Shown in pieces: positions 1 through 9,981 of a stretch of DNA of 64,000 bases. The stretch is from Desulfatiglandales bacterium. GTDB taxonomy: Bacteria > Desulfobacterota > DSM-4660 > Desulfatiglandales > Desulfatiglandaceae. Made by a program: the position numbers and the translations under genes. Location: the NCBI GenBank assembly GCA_963666345.1, contig OY762721.1, positions 3,808,001-3,872,000 on the forward strand. The letters run 5' to 3'. Every line of letters begins with the position of its first letter. The first letter of the stretch is position 1. The notes beneath the pieces are model-generated. The model did no database searches, had not been told where the DNA came from, and worked only from the letters and a program-made list of their open reading frames with translations.

Positions 1-1430
1 TTGCTCTTCCTGAGAGTTTCCTGTATATGCTTACGCTCTTCGATCTCTTTTTCAAGTTCAGCAGTCCGTTGCTTGACCCGCTGTTCAAGATCCTCGTTTT
101 GCTCCTTAAGCACTTGTGTCAGCTTTTCATTTTCATAGAAAACCTTTTCTACAGCTGCAAACCATGGTTTCCATACGAGTGGAATTCCATGGCCCACTGG
201 CGTGTGTATGCGCTCACTCCTGTCCATGATGAAGCTAACGAATCTTTTTGACGGTAAAATAAATTGTCGCTGCGTAACTGCAAATGCCGTAATGCCCAGA
301 AGCAACAGCATGACCATAACAGTCATCGGCCCGATGCCTATAAGCTTTATAATTGAACTCCAAAAAGAGTTCGAGTGCTCAATATAAATGACCTGCCAGG
401 GGGCCTGATTCAGACGGCTCCGCAATATGTTAAAAGAAGCCATGCGGGTGATCTCGTTATCCGGGATCCGCATTAATCCATCAATTGAACCTCGAAGCGT
501 TTCAGGAAGGGCAGCGCTTAAAGTTTTTTCCCTTCTGTTATCGGATGATATGGTCGTGGGATGGGCTATCAGCTGACCACTGTCGTTTACCAGAAACATC
601 AGGCCCTGTTCAGGGTTGAATCTTTGCACCACGGTATTAAGGAAATCCACGGTCAGATCTATAGCCACTGTGCCGATAAAACGATCATTATCGTAAACTG
701 GTGAGGCACAGGTAGTCATGAGACCTTTGCCGAATTCATCAACGTATAACTTTGTCCAGAACCTTTTTCGATCCGGATTGTTTTGTGGAAGTCCTAGGGT
801 GTAAAATTCATGGGTAAGAAGTTCCTTTGAGAATCTGAAATTTTTTGAGGCAACCCACGGATAGATATTGATGAAATTGTCGCTGGATGTATAGTAAGCC
901 CAGGCTGAGCCCTTTATGGCCCGGGCTGAGGCTCGAAAAAGGGGGTTCAGGCTCAGGGCCATGTGTATTTCCCTGTAAAAATCTATGCTGCGGTTCTGAA
1001 TGGAGCCCTGACCCGTCAAATTACCGATCATATTCCGGTTGATAGGCGGTTTGAATGTATCAAGGTGATAGCGTTTTATATTATCTGCGTCTGTCAGATC
1101 CTTGAACTCGAGAGGCTGATTCAACACTTCGACGGCGCTGGATTGCAGGAGGTCCGCTTCGGCCGCTATACGCATGCCGTCCACGTGCTCGTTCACCCCG
1201 GCAATCAGGTTGTCCATATGAGCGGTCCGCTCCTTAAAATGCCCCTGGAGGATCTCTTTTTTATGCTTCTGGCCTAAGTTATACTGTTCGGCCAGCATAA
1301 TAAATAGAGCGGTAACAAGAAGGGTAAAAGCCACCAGAATGGACAAGGCTTGACGCATGTGAAATCGACTTACCTGGTCTTTTCCCTTCATTAGGCTATC
1401 GGTTTTTTTTACATCTGAATGCAACGACAT
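1..1430 (-). CDS. Membrane sensor with periplasmic dCache domain (probable histidine kinase or similar); runs off the left window edge
   Basis: Not in the ORF track because there is no stop in the window. ATG at 1430 with RBS AAAGGAG. Manual translation shows an N-terminal TM helix, dCache-like WTKLYVDEFGKGLMTTCASPVYDNDRFIGTVAIDL, a second TM helix, then the coiled coil LEQRVKQRTAELEKEIEERK. Confidence 0.8.
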   Translation of the reverse strand, partial: MSLHSDVKKTDSLMKGKDQVSRFHMRQALSILVAFTLLVTALFIMLAEQYNLGQKHKKEILQGHFKERTAHMDNLIAGVNEHVDGMRIAAEADLLQSSAVEVLNQPLEFKDLTDADNIKRYHLDTFKPPINRNMIGNLTGQGSIQNRSIDFYREIHMALSLNPLFRASARAIKGSAWAYYTSSDNFINIYPWVASKNFRFSKELLTHEFYTLGLPQNNPDRKRFWTKLYVDEFGKGLMTTCASPVYDNDRFIGTVAIDLTVDFLNTVVQRFNPEQGLMFLVNDSGQLIAHPTTISSDNRREKTLSAALPETLRGSIDGLMRIPDNEITRMASFNILRSRLNQAPWQVIYIEHSNSFWSSIIKLIGIGPMTVMVMLLLLGITAFAVTQRQFILPSKRFVSFIMDRSERIHTPVGHGIPLVWKPWFAAVEKVFYENEKLTQVLKEQNEDLEQRVKQRTAELEKEIEERKHIQETLRKS

Positions 1431-1700
1431 TAAAAACTCCTTTCGAGTCAGTCATACATCACTCAGTCACAGAAGATATATGGGATAGGAAATCGAATTT
1501 TGTCAAGAAAAGTATGAAAATCCGGGTCCACCACCTCAGTAAAGGCGGCGATCAAATTTCGAGGATGCGAGGATTTGAGGGGCCGGCGCTTCTATTTGTG
1601 GGCAAATCCGTGCCTTGCGGATTTTTTATATAACCGTTATCATCGGACCCTGCCCTTGTTTTGGTTTTTGGATTATCTTCAAAAGAGTTGATCTAAATGA

Positions 1701-1732
1701 AGGATTCAAGGGGTCAAGGGTTCGAGGATTCG
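1701..1732 (+). repeat. Octamer tandem array (AGGRTTCR-like x4) directly upstream of the four-helix-bundle gene
   Basis: aggattca aggggtca agggttcg aggattcg. Confidence 0.8.
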
Positions 1733-1738
1733 AGTGAA

Positions 1739-2110
1739 ATGCTTAAAAATTATAAAGAGTTAAACATTCGGCAAAAATCGTATACGCCTTGTTTGCATAT
1801 CTATAAAGAAACAAAACGTTTTTCAAAAGATGAGCGATACGCTTTGACCTCCTGAATCAGAAGATCCGATTTTTCCATACCATCGAATATCGCCTAAGGG
1901 TATGGGAGAAAAACGGCTATAGAGCATGTGAGATTTCTCTATATTGCATATGGTTCAGCCTGTGAATCGGAAACCCGGGCCATGATATCAGGTGACCTGG
2001 GTTATGTTGAAAAACAGAGGCTTCAGGAATTAGGAGGGGAAATCGGGGATGTCGAGACAATGCTCAAAGCAATGATCAAATCCCTGGAAAGAAACCCCTT
2101 GAATCCTTGA
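1739..2110 (+). pseudogene. Four-helix bundle protein (23S rRNA IVP / TIGR02436 family) with two in-frame stops
   Basis: MLKNYKELNIRQKSY...DERYALTS*IRRSDFSIPSNIA*GYGRK...FLYIAYGSACESET. TGA at 1853 and TAA at 1895 replace the family Q (QxRR) and E (NIAEG). Confidence 0.88.
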
Positions 2111-2211
2111 AACCGGGAACCCGCCCTGAGCTTGTCGAAGGGTGGGACTGAGCGAAGCGAAGAATCCTGGAACCCTTGGACCCTCTTCGCCAACTAAGTT
2201 GGAGAAGAACC
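2092..2211 (-). repeat. Inverted octamer arrays plus terminal palindrome downstream of the four-helix-bundle gene
   Basis: Reverse complement gives cgggttcc cggtttca aggattca aggggttt and agggtcca agggttcc aggattc, followed by the palindrome tcttcgccaactaagttggagaaga. Confidence 0.75.
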
Positions 2212-2360
2212 TGTTTTTTTTAAGTCTTTCGCGTTTTTCCTGTATGTCTGATCCTGTCAAAAGACAGGATTGCGCAACCTTTCCATATGTATTAGAATCA
2301 CCGTAAACGGTTGAAGGTCAAGGAGTCGGTAAAATCCAGAGACATGCGGAGGAAGAAGAG

Positions 2361-3704
2361 ATGAAATTTCTGATAATCGGTGGTGACGCGGCCGGAATGA
2401 GCGCGGCAAGTCGCGCAAAGAGAAATGCCCCTGACATGGATGTGACGGTACTTGAGGCTACCTCTGATGTCTCTTACAGCGCATGCGGGATGCCCTATAA
2501 TATCGCGGACGCCGGCGTGCCGATAGAAGACCTGGTGGTCAGACAGGCACAGGTCTTCCGGGAAAAGCAGGGAATAGACCTTAAAACAGGCCATAAGGCC
2601 CTGTCTGTGGATAGAGAATCTAAGGTGGTAACAGGGAAAAGGATGGACGGCACCGATTTCGGTATCCCTTATGACAGACTCCTTATCGCTACGGGCGCAA
2701 GACCGATCATGCCGGAACTTCCCGGGTTCGATCTTGAAGGGGTCATGGCCCTTAAGAGCCTTGCCGACGGAAGAAGGATCAAGAGTTTTATCAGGTCAGC
2801 GGATGTAAGAAAGGCGGTCATAATAGGGATGGGGTATATCGCGCTCGAGATGAGCGAGGCCTTAAGGGCGCGCGGGATTGAGGTCTCAATGGTCAAACCG
2901 CGGCCCATGTTCCTTCCCTGGATGAATCAGGATATGGCCAGGGTGGTGAAAAAGGAGGTGGAAGACAATCAGGTTGAAATGCATCCGGGCGAGGAGATTG
3001 TGCGTATCGAACGAAACGGCGGCACCCTGAATGTGATATGCACTCAAAATAAGCTTAAGGCCGATATGGTGCTGGTAGCAGTTGGGGTAAGGCCTTCAAA
3101 CGAGCTTGCCGTGGGCTCCGGACTGGAGCTTGGTCCATCAGGCGCCATCTCGGTTGACAGGGCGCTTAGGACCACCGATCATGACATATATTCGGCCGGC
3201 GACTGCGCGGATGCGTATCATGTCGTCACAGGGGAAAAGACGTGGGTCCCCCTGGCGCTAAGGGCAAACAGGGCGGGCTGGGCCGCGGCCGATAATGTGA
3301 CCGGCAGGGATGTCGAACTTCAGGGTGTGGCCGGCACAGCGGTGTTCAAGGTCTTTGACCTGCAGGTTGCAAGGACCGGCCTAAGCATGAAGGAGGCGGG
3401 AGAATTCGGCTTTGATCCTGTGGAGGTGATGATAAAGGGCAGATCCCGTGCCCATGCGCATCCCATGAACACGAGTCTTTATGTACAGATGATCGGGGAC
3501 GGAAAATCGGGCAGGCTCCTGGGTGCGCAGCTTCTGGGAAGGGAGGGTGCGGCTCACAGGGTCAATGCCCCTGCCGTGGCGCTTCACCAGCAGATGACGG
3601 TAGAGCGGTTCAGCCAGTGCGACCTTGCATACGCGCCCCCGTTCAGCCCGACGTGGGACCCTATGCTCACGGCCGCAAATCAGCTTTTAAAGAAACTGGG
3701 GTGA
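2361..3704 (+). CDS. CoA-disulfide reductase / NADH oxidase family flavoprotein
   Basis: GGDAAGMSAA FAD motif, SYSACG redox Cys, TTDHDIYSAGD, C-terminal YAPPFSPTWD. Confidence 0.9.
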   Translation: MKFLIIGGDAAGMSAASRAKRNAPDMDVTVLEATSDVSYSACGMPYNIADAGVPIEDLVVRQAQVFREKQGIDLKTGHKALSVDRESKVVTGKRMDGTDFGIPYDRLLIATGARPIMPELPGFDLEGVMALKSLADGRRIKSFIRSADVRKAVIIGMGYIALEMSEALRARGIEVSMVKPRPMFLPWMNQDMARVVKKEVEDNQVEMHPGEEIVRIERNGGTLNVICTQNKLKADMVLVAVGVRPSNELAVGSGLELGPSGAISVDRALRTTDHDIYSAGDCADAYHVVTGEKTWVPLALRANRAGWAAADNVTGRDVELQGVAGTAVFKVFDLQVARTGLSMKEAGEFGFDPVEVMIKGRSRAHAHPMNTSLYVQMIGDGKSGRLLGAQLLGREGAAHRVNAPAVALHQQMTVERFSQCDLAYAPPFSPTWDPMLTAANQLLKKLG

Positions 3705-3706
3705 TC

Positions 3707-4630
3707 CTAGAGGGTCCGCCCGGATGAAAGCCCCTCTACCTTGTCAGGGGTGTCTGTCCGCTCCTTTGCGGCGAGAAAGATCCCGGTCAAAATAAGGAGG
3801 CCGCCTGCCACCTGTAGAAAGGTGGCCTTTTCACCCAGGAAAAAATAGGCGAGAACGCTTGAGCAGACAGGCTCCCCCAGCACGAATACGGCAACAGTAG
3901 TGGCCGTCACATACTTGAGGGACCAGTTGAGCGAACTGTGGCCCAGAAGCTGCGGGATAAGCGCCAGCAACACGAAATAGAAATAGGTGCTTTGGCTGTA
4001 GCCGGAAAAACCATGGCCCAAGATGATTACAAGGCCCAGAAGCAGAAGGGATGTCAGCGCGTAAACCGGGACGATGTATGAAAGCAGGTCTAGCTCCTTT
4101 CTGACCTTTCTTCCCACCAGGAAATAGCATGAGGCCATAACGGCCCCGCCGAGCGCCATCAGATCGCCGTACGCGGAGTTTCCGGCTCCCGCATGCATGT
4201 CTGACAGGGCTATCAGAATTCCTCCTGCCAGTCCCAGCAATATGCCGATCAAAAGGAAGCTGTGTATCCTTTCCTTAAAAAACAGATAAGAGGCGATCCC
4301 TATGAAGATCGGGTTTGATGTGACGATTACCACGGAACTGAGGACCGAGGTGTGCTTCAGCGATGTGATCCAGAAAAAGAAATGGAGACTCAGAAACAGG
4401 GCTGAAAGAAAGATGAATTTGAGGTGATGTAAAGGGATGCTAAGAGGGCTTTTATCCTTAAAAATCATGGAACCGGGTATAAGGACAATTGAGGCGATGC
4501 CGAGCCTTGCCGCGGCTATCACTACCGGGGGCGCGTCATGACAGAGTTTTATGAATATGGAGGCCGTGGATATGGAAACAATACCCACTGCCAGCATTGA
4601 TATAATAAGCGGCCTTCCGGCTGGCTGCAT
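3707..4630 (-). CDS. DMT/EamA family transporter
   Basis: About 10 hydrophobic helices in two EamA repeats; LGEP motif. Confidence 0.88.
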   Translation of the reverse strand: MQPAGRPLIISMLAVGIVSISTASIFIKLCHDAPPVVIAAARLGIASIVLIPGSMIFKDKSPLSIPLHHLKFIFLSALFLSLHFFFWITSLKHTSVLSSVVIVTSNPIFIGIASYLFFKERIHSFLLIGILLGLAGGILIALSDMHAGAGNSAYGDLMALGGAVMASCYFLVGRKVRKELDLLSYIVPVYALTSLLLLGLVIILGHGFSGYSQSTYFYFVLLALIPQLLGHSSLNWSLKYVTATTVAVFVLGEPVCSSVLAYFFLGEKATFLQVAGGLLILTGIFLAAKERTDTPDKVEGLSSGRTL

Positions 4631-4631
4631 A

Positions 4632-5447
4632 TCAATCCTTTCCGAGTTCCAGCGATCGATCTCTGGCGGCCGTAATCGCCTTTTGAGTCATCTGTTCAAG
4701 GCCCAGTTCGTCGAATATTGAAAGCCCGGCCGCGGTTGTGCCCCCGGGAGAGGTCACCATCCGTCTCAGAACGGAAAGGGGCTTGTCCGATTCCTTTGCA
4801 AGGCGGGCGGCCCCTAAAAAGGTCTGAACAACAAGCCTGAGTGACATATCGCTGTCAAGCCCTACTGAGGTGCCGGCCGCCACCATCGCCTCCATTATCC
4901 TGAATATGTAGCCCGGGCCGCTTCCGGAAACCGCTGTAACCGCATCCATCAGGGTCTCCTCGACCTCGAGCGTTTCACCGACCGAATCGAAGATAACCTT
5001 TGCCGCCGCAAGGGCCTGAGCGCTGACTCTTTCATTCCCGGCAAGGGCGCTCATACCCATCTGGATGAGGGCGGGTGTGTTGGGCATTACCCTGATTATC
5101 GGCATGTCCAGACCCGCAAGCGTCCTCAGCCGGCTGATGGATACCCCGGCCGCAATGGAGATGAGGATCTGATCCTCTCTGAAAGAGCCGCTCAATTCTT
5201 CAAATACCTCCGCTGTCTTTTGCGGCTTGACCGCCAGTATTACCATGTCGCACCGGCTTACTATCCCTCTGTTTGTGGACCGGGTCACATTGAAACGGCT
5301 TGAGAGTCTCTCAAGTGCCTCTTCACTTTTATCAGAGACGGAAATTGTGTCAGGCCTGCAGATGCCGCTTTCAACGATTCCTTTTATAAGGGCCGAGGCC
5401 ATGTTTCCCGCGCCAATAAAACCTATCTTCCGGTGAATATCAGTCAT
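4632..5447 (-). CDS. proC: Pyrroline-5-carboxylate reductase
   Basis: IGFIGAGNMA, AVKPQ, RVMPNTP, SGSGPGY, VTSPGGTT. Confidence 0.97.
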   Translation of the reverse strand: MTDIHRKIGFIGAGNMASALIKGIVESGICRPDTISVSDKSEEALERLSSRFNVTRSTNRGIVSRCDMVILAVKPQKTAEVFEELSGSFREDQILISIAAGVSISRLRTLAGLDMPIIRVMPNTPALIQMGMSALAGNERVSAQALAAAKVIFDSVGETLEVEETLMDAVTAVSGSGPGYIFRIMEAMVAAGTSVGLDSDMSLRLVVQTFLGAARLAKESDKPLSVLRRMVTSPGGTTAAGLSIFDELGLEQMTQKAITAARDRSLELGKD

Positions 5448-5705
5448 TTCGCCTCCATGTACAATTTCAGATTTATTTGTCCGTCAATTTTCTACCATGA
5501 ATATTTGGTGTTATAAATAGAAAAATGTTAAGCCTTTTCAATTGAATGATGAATCAGGTGAGAATGCTTGACGGCCCAAAAAAATTGTGATAGCAAGGAT
5601 CTGCTTCAACAGATCTTTCAAAAAAACACCCCTTTATATAGATAATGGGAAAGGATTGATTTCCTTCCCGCAATAATAACCCAATCAAAAAGGAGGTTGA
5701 ACAGC

Positions 5706-7469
5706 ATGGCATATAATGCAGTCGAAATGCAGGATTGGCAGATTTCCGAGGCAGCAGAAGCAAACATGCCAACCCCGGAGGAGTGGGGTCAAAAGCTTGG
5801 ACTTGAAAGGGATGAGATCCTTATCAATGGAAGGCTGTGCAAGCTCGATTTCATGAAGATCATGGACAGGCTCAAGGACAAACCTGACGGCAAGTACATC
5901 GAGGTCACAGCGATTACTCCCACACCACTGGGTGAGGGAAAGAGTACTACGGCCTGCGGTCTGATGGAAGGAATGGGAAAGCTGGGGCTTAACGTGGGTG
6001 GTTGCCTCAGGCAGCCTTCCGGCGGACCTACCATGAATATCAAGGGAACCGCGGCCGGCGGCGGAAATTCTCTTCTTATACCGATGACCGAGTTCTCCAT
6101 GGGGCTGACCGGCGACATCAACGATATCATGAACGCCCATAACCTGGCCATGGTAGCGCTGACCGCCCGCATGCAGCATGAGAGAAACTACAATGACGAG
6201 CAGCTGGAGCGGTTGACCAAGATGCGCCGTCTCAATATAGATCCTACCCGTGTCGAGATGGGATGGATCCTCGATTACTGCGCCCAGAGCCTTAGAAATA
6301 TCATAATCGGGATCGGCGGAAGATATGACGGCTTTACCATGCAGTCCAAGTTCGGTATCGCTGTTTCCTCAGAGTTGATGGCCACTCTTTCCATTATCAA
6401 GGATCTGGCAGATTTGAGGGAGAGGCTGGATAATATCACGGTTGCCTTTGACAAGAGCGGTAAGGCGGTCACAACCGGAGACCTCGAAGTGGGCGGTGCC
6501 ATGACGGCCTGGATGCGAAACACCATCAATCCGACCCTCATGTGCACGGCGGAGTATCAGCCATGCATGGTTCACGCAGGGCCTTTCGCAAACATCGCAG
6601 TGGGCCAGTCCTCAATCATTGCCGACCGTATCGGCCTCAAGATGTTTGATTATCATGTTACGGAGAGCGGCTTCGGGGCTGACATAGGATTTGAAAAATT
6701 CTGGAACGTAAAGTGCCGTTACAGCGGGCTTAAACCGCATGTCTCGGTTCTGACCTCCACCATCAGGGCCCTCAAGATGCACGGAGGAGGTCCCAAGGTC
6801 GTGGCAGGTCTTCCGCTTGACGAGGCCTATACAAAGGAAGGCCTTGGTCTCCTGGAAAACGGGATCTCAAACATGGTCCATCACATCAATACCATCCGCA
6901 AGGCCGGTATAAATCCCGTGGTCTGCGTCAACTGCTTTCATACGGACACAAAGGACGAGATCGCCATGGTGCGGAAGTATGCCGAAGAAGCAGGCGCCAG
7001 GTGTGCGGTGTCGACCCATTGGGCCGACGGCGGAGACGGTGCGGTTGAATTCGCCGAAGCGGTCAAAGAGGCATGTGAGGAAGAAAATGATTTCAAATTC
7101 CTCTATCCTGTTGAAATGAAACTGCGTGACAGGGTCGAGACCATTGCCAAGACGGTCTACGGGGCTGACGGAGTAAGCTGGACTGCGGATGCAGAGGCAA
7201 AGGCAAAGATGCTTGAAGCCGATTCCAAATATGATGAATATACCACGATGATGGTAAAGACACATCTGAGCCTGTCTCATGACCCGACGCTCAAGGGCGT
7301 TCCCAAGGGATGGACATTGCCGATAAGAGACGTGTTGATCTATTCCGGCGCGAAATTCCTCTGCCCGTGCGCGGGAACCATCAGCCTTATGCCTGGAACC
7401 AGTTCCGATCCGGCCTTCAGGAGGGTGGATGTGGACACCAAGACAGGAAAGGTAACCGGCCTGTTCTAA
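5706..7469 (+). CDS. fhs: Formate--tetrahydrofolate ligase
   Basis: [43 protein letters not shown] at 5706 follows RBS AGGAGG. Confidence 0.97.
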   Translation: MAYNAVEMQDWQISEAAEANMPTPEEWGQKLGLERDEILINGRLCKLDFMKIMDRLKDKPDGKYIEVTAITPTPLGEGKSTTACGLMEGMGKLGLNVGGCLRQPSGGPTMNIKGTAAGGGNSLLIPMTEFSMGLTGDINDIMNAHNLAMVALTARMQHERNYNDEQLERLTKMRRLNIDPTRVEMGWILDYCAQSLRNIIIGIGGRYDGFTMQSKFGIAVSSELMATLSIIKDLADLRERLDNITVAFDKSGKAVTTGDLEVGGAMTAWMRNTINPTLMCTAEYQPCMVHAGPFANIAVGQSSIIADRIGLKMFDYHVTESGFGADIGFEKFWNVKCRYSGLKPHVSVLTSTIRALKMHGGGPKVVAGLPLDEAYTKEGLGLLENGISNMVHHINTIRKAGINPVVCVNCFHTDTKDEIAMVRKYAEEAGARCAVSTHWADGGDGAVEFAEAVKEACEEENDFKFLYPVEMKLRDRVETIAKTVYGADGVSWTADAEAKAKMLEADSKYDEYTTMMVKTHLSLSHDPTLKGVPKGWTLPIRDVLIYSGAKFLCPCAGTISLMPGTSSDPAFRRVDVDTKTGKVTGLF

Positions 7470-7493
7470 ACGACAGCTGAAAGTAGAGAAGAT

Positions 7494-7525
7494 AAGGGGG
7501 CCTTTTTAAAGGCCCCCTTTTTTTT
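7494..7525 (+). terminator. Intrinsic terminator after fhs
   Basis: aagggggcc-ttttt aaa-ggcccccttt followed by a T run. Confidence 0.85.
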
Positions 7526-7621
7526 GTGCCTGCCGGATTGATTTTATTCCTTTGAAGGTGGATAATGTTTAATCCGATTCGAAAACTCTTTCACCAAGAC
7601 ATCTATTTGAGGACCGGTGCA

Positions 7622-8401
7622 ATGCAGGGCGTGATAGGTATAGACATTGGATCCGCATATTCCAAAGGCGTTCTCATGAGCGGAAGTGATATCGTGCACT
7701 CCGTGGTTCTTCCATCGGGCGGCAATTACGGCTCTACAGCCGATCAGGTCAGGGAAAGGCTTCTGTCCGGCTCCCGCCTTAATGAAGATGATATAAAGAT
7801 GATCGTTGCGACAGGGCTTGGAGCGAAAACGGTGTCATTTGCCCATGAAACAAAGACGGATATCTCCTGCCACAACCTTTGCGTTTCCAGGGCATTTCCA
7901 TCCGTCAGGACGGTGGTCGATGTCGGTGATCTTCACAGCAAGGCGTTCAGGATGGATGAGGCCGGAAACCTGGTCCGATTCCTTATGAGCAGCAAGTGCG
8001 CGGGAGGGAGCGGGCGAGTCCTGAAGGTCCTTGCCCGGGTCCTGCAGGTCCCTGTCGAGGATCTGGGCGAACTGTCTCTGGCCTCTCAAACCAGGGTGGA
8101 TTTTAATACGGGTTGCGCGGTTTTCGCCGAATCCGAGGCGGTTTCCCGCATAGCGGAAGGGACGAAAAAGGAAGACCTTGTGGCCGGTATTCACCGGGCC
8201 CTTGCCGCTCAGATCCTCAGCCTCGCGGAGAGAGTGGGGCTCGAAGGGGATTTCGCACTCACAGGGGGCTGGGCCCGGGACAAGGGGCTTGTCGCGGCAA
8301 CCGGAGAAGCGGTTCCTCTTAAGGTCGTAATCCCGCCAAGACCGATAATGACCGCATCGATCGGCGCGGCAATGTTTGCAGCCGACATGGTCCGTCCGTA
8401 A
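7622..8401 (+). CDS. BadF/BadG/BcrA/BcrD-type ATPase (dehydratase activator / BzdP-like), with degenerate motifs
   Basis: GIDIGS, ATGLG, KCAGGSGR, GCAVFAESE. The usual DIGGQD appears as DVGDLH. Confidence 0.85.
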   Translation: MQGVIGIDIGSAYSKGVLMSGSDIVHSVVLPSGGNYGSTADQVRERLLSGSRLNEDDIKMIVATGLGAKTVSFAHETKTDISCHNLCVSRAFPSVRTVVDVGDLHSKAFRMDEAGNLVRFLMSSKCAGGSGRVLKVLARVLQVPVEDLGELSLASQTRVDFNTGCAVFAESEAVSRIAEGTKKEDLVAGIHRALAAQILSLAERVGLEGDFALTGGWARDKGLVAATGEAVPLKVVIPPRPIMTASIGAAMFAADMVRP

Positions 8402-8668
8402 GATTCGGGGCGTATCAAATCTGTTTTTCGAGCCGATTGGATAATCGTATATAGTTAATATATAGCTATAATGTGAATGTTTTTATTGTTATTTCCTGAT
8501 AACTATTATATAGTTTTTCCTCAAAGAATATCTTTTCCTCGTACCTCCAAAAGACAGTTTAACGGATTTGGCACATTTGTATTCTCTTCGCATCATTCTG
8601 CGTCAAATATCAGGCAGGCTGACCACCTGAAGTCAAAAAGAGATAAATTCAAAAAGGAGATGTAATCG

Positions 8669-9829
8669 ATGGATGAAAATAGCGGCGGCGTGGTTTCAAA
8701 GATCGATTTACTCTATCGTGATTACGGGAAAAGGGCCGGGGCTTTGAAAGATCAGGGGGAAAAGATCATCGGGTATACCTGCTCCTTTGTGCCTGCCGAG
8801 ATAATTCATGCCTCCGGTGCTGTTCCTTTCAGGCTCAGGGGGGATGTAAATGAGCCGATCACGAAGGGTGACAACAATATGGAGACGATAGCGTGTCCAT
8901 ATATGAGAAGCTGCTTTGATCTGTCGGTCAAGGGCAGATATGATTTTTTAAGCGGTCTAATCATTCCCCACGCATGCGACAGCATGGCAAGGACATATTC
9001 GGTCTGGAAATATTGCCTGAATCTGCCTTATTCCCATTTTATCAATATCCCCCATACCCTGAGCGAATCATCAATGGAATTCTTCCGGGAAGAGTTGAAA
9101 GGCTTTATCAGAAGCCTCGGCAGGTTCTTGGGGCGCGATATTACCGATGAAAAATTGAGGGAGTCCATAGCACTTTACAACAGGAACAGGGAAAAGGTCA
9201 GGGCACTTTATGAATTGAGAAAGGCCGATCCCCCCATGATTTCAGGCACGGAGACGGCAGAACTTGTCACGGTTTGCGCCGGCCTGCCCGTGGAGGAGGC
9301 AAACGACCTGCTTGACGAGGCCCTCGATGAATTCAAAAAAAGGGGTGTATCGCCTCTTCAAAAATTTCCGAGGGTGATGATAGACGGCGCATGCATAGAC
9401 AATGTGGATCTCATCAAAGTCATAGAGAAAAGCGGGGCCAACGTTGTGGTGGATACACTCTGCCTCGGCACGAGAGATCTCTGGCCCATGGTCGATGAGG
9501 AAGGGGACCCCGTGGGGTCCCTTGCAAAACGTTACCTGGAGGATCTCAACTGTCCAAGGACCTACAGGGGGAATCAGACCGGGATTTATCAGGATGATCT
9601 CGAACTTCGCTTTGGTGACATAAGGGGCTTTGCCGGAGATTTTGAGGCGGACGGAGCGATAATCTATCATTACAAGTATTGTGACCCTTTCGGTTTTGAG
9701 ATACATGCGAGAAGGACATTCTTCGATTCCCTTGAGATTCCTTCACTATACCTGGAGGATGAGTACTCCTCAGGCACGATCGGCCAGCTCAAGACACGTA
9801 TCCAGGCCTTTGTGGAGATGCTTGAGTAA
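8669..9829 (+). CDS. 2-hydroxyacyl-CoA dehydratase / benzoyl-CoA reductase subunit (HgdB/BcrC/BzdN-like)
   Basis: IGYTCSFVPAEIIHA, CPY, HACD, KYCDP, GQLKTRIQAFVEML. Confidence 0.9.
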   Translation: MDENSGGVVSKIDLLYRDYGKRAGALKDQGEKIIGYTCSFVPAEIIHASGAVPFRLRGDVNEPITKGDNNMETIACPYMRSCFDLSVKGRYDFLSGLIIPHACDSMARTYSVWKYCLNLPYSHFINIPHTLSESSMEFFREELKGFIRSLGRFLGRDITDEKLRESIALYNRNREKVRALYELRKADPPMISGTETAELVTVCAGLPVEEANDLLDEALDEFKKRGVSPLQKFPRVMIDGACIDNVDLIKVIEKSGANVVVDTLCLGTRDLWPMVDEEGDPVGSLAKRYLEDLNCPRTYRGNQTGIYQDDLELRFGDIRGFAGDFEADGAIIYHYKYCDPFGFEIHARRTFFDSLEIPSLYLEDEYSSGTIGQLKTRIQAFVEMLE

Positions 9830-9981
9830 AAAGGCAAGGATTTGAAAAAGGCTTCAGGGATTCCAGTATCCGAGGCTTCAACGGGATGATATTTAAGCAT
9901 GGTATTGTTGCCGCATTGAATCTTGTATAGCTTGTGTGCACATATTTTATAGCTGTCTTTCATAAAAGGAGGTGCGGCCAG

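Noticed and set aside
27..1277. Short + strand ORFs at the left edge, and long antisense ORFs elsewhere (e.g. 31569-32423, 32544-33368, 61568-62257)
   Set aside because: Shadows of well-supported genes on the opposite strand.
1853..1855. In-frame TGA as possible selenocysteine (selA is present)
   Set aside because: It replaces a conserved Gln, not a Cys, and a TAA stop follows 14 codons later; pseudogenisation is the simpler explanation.
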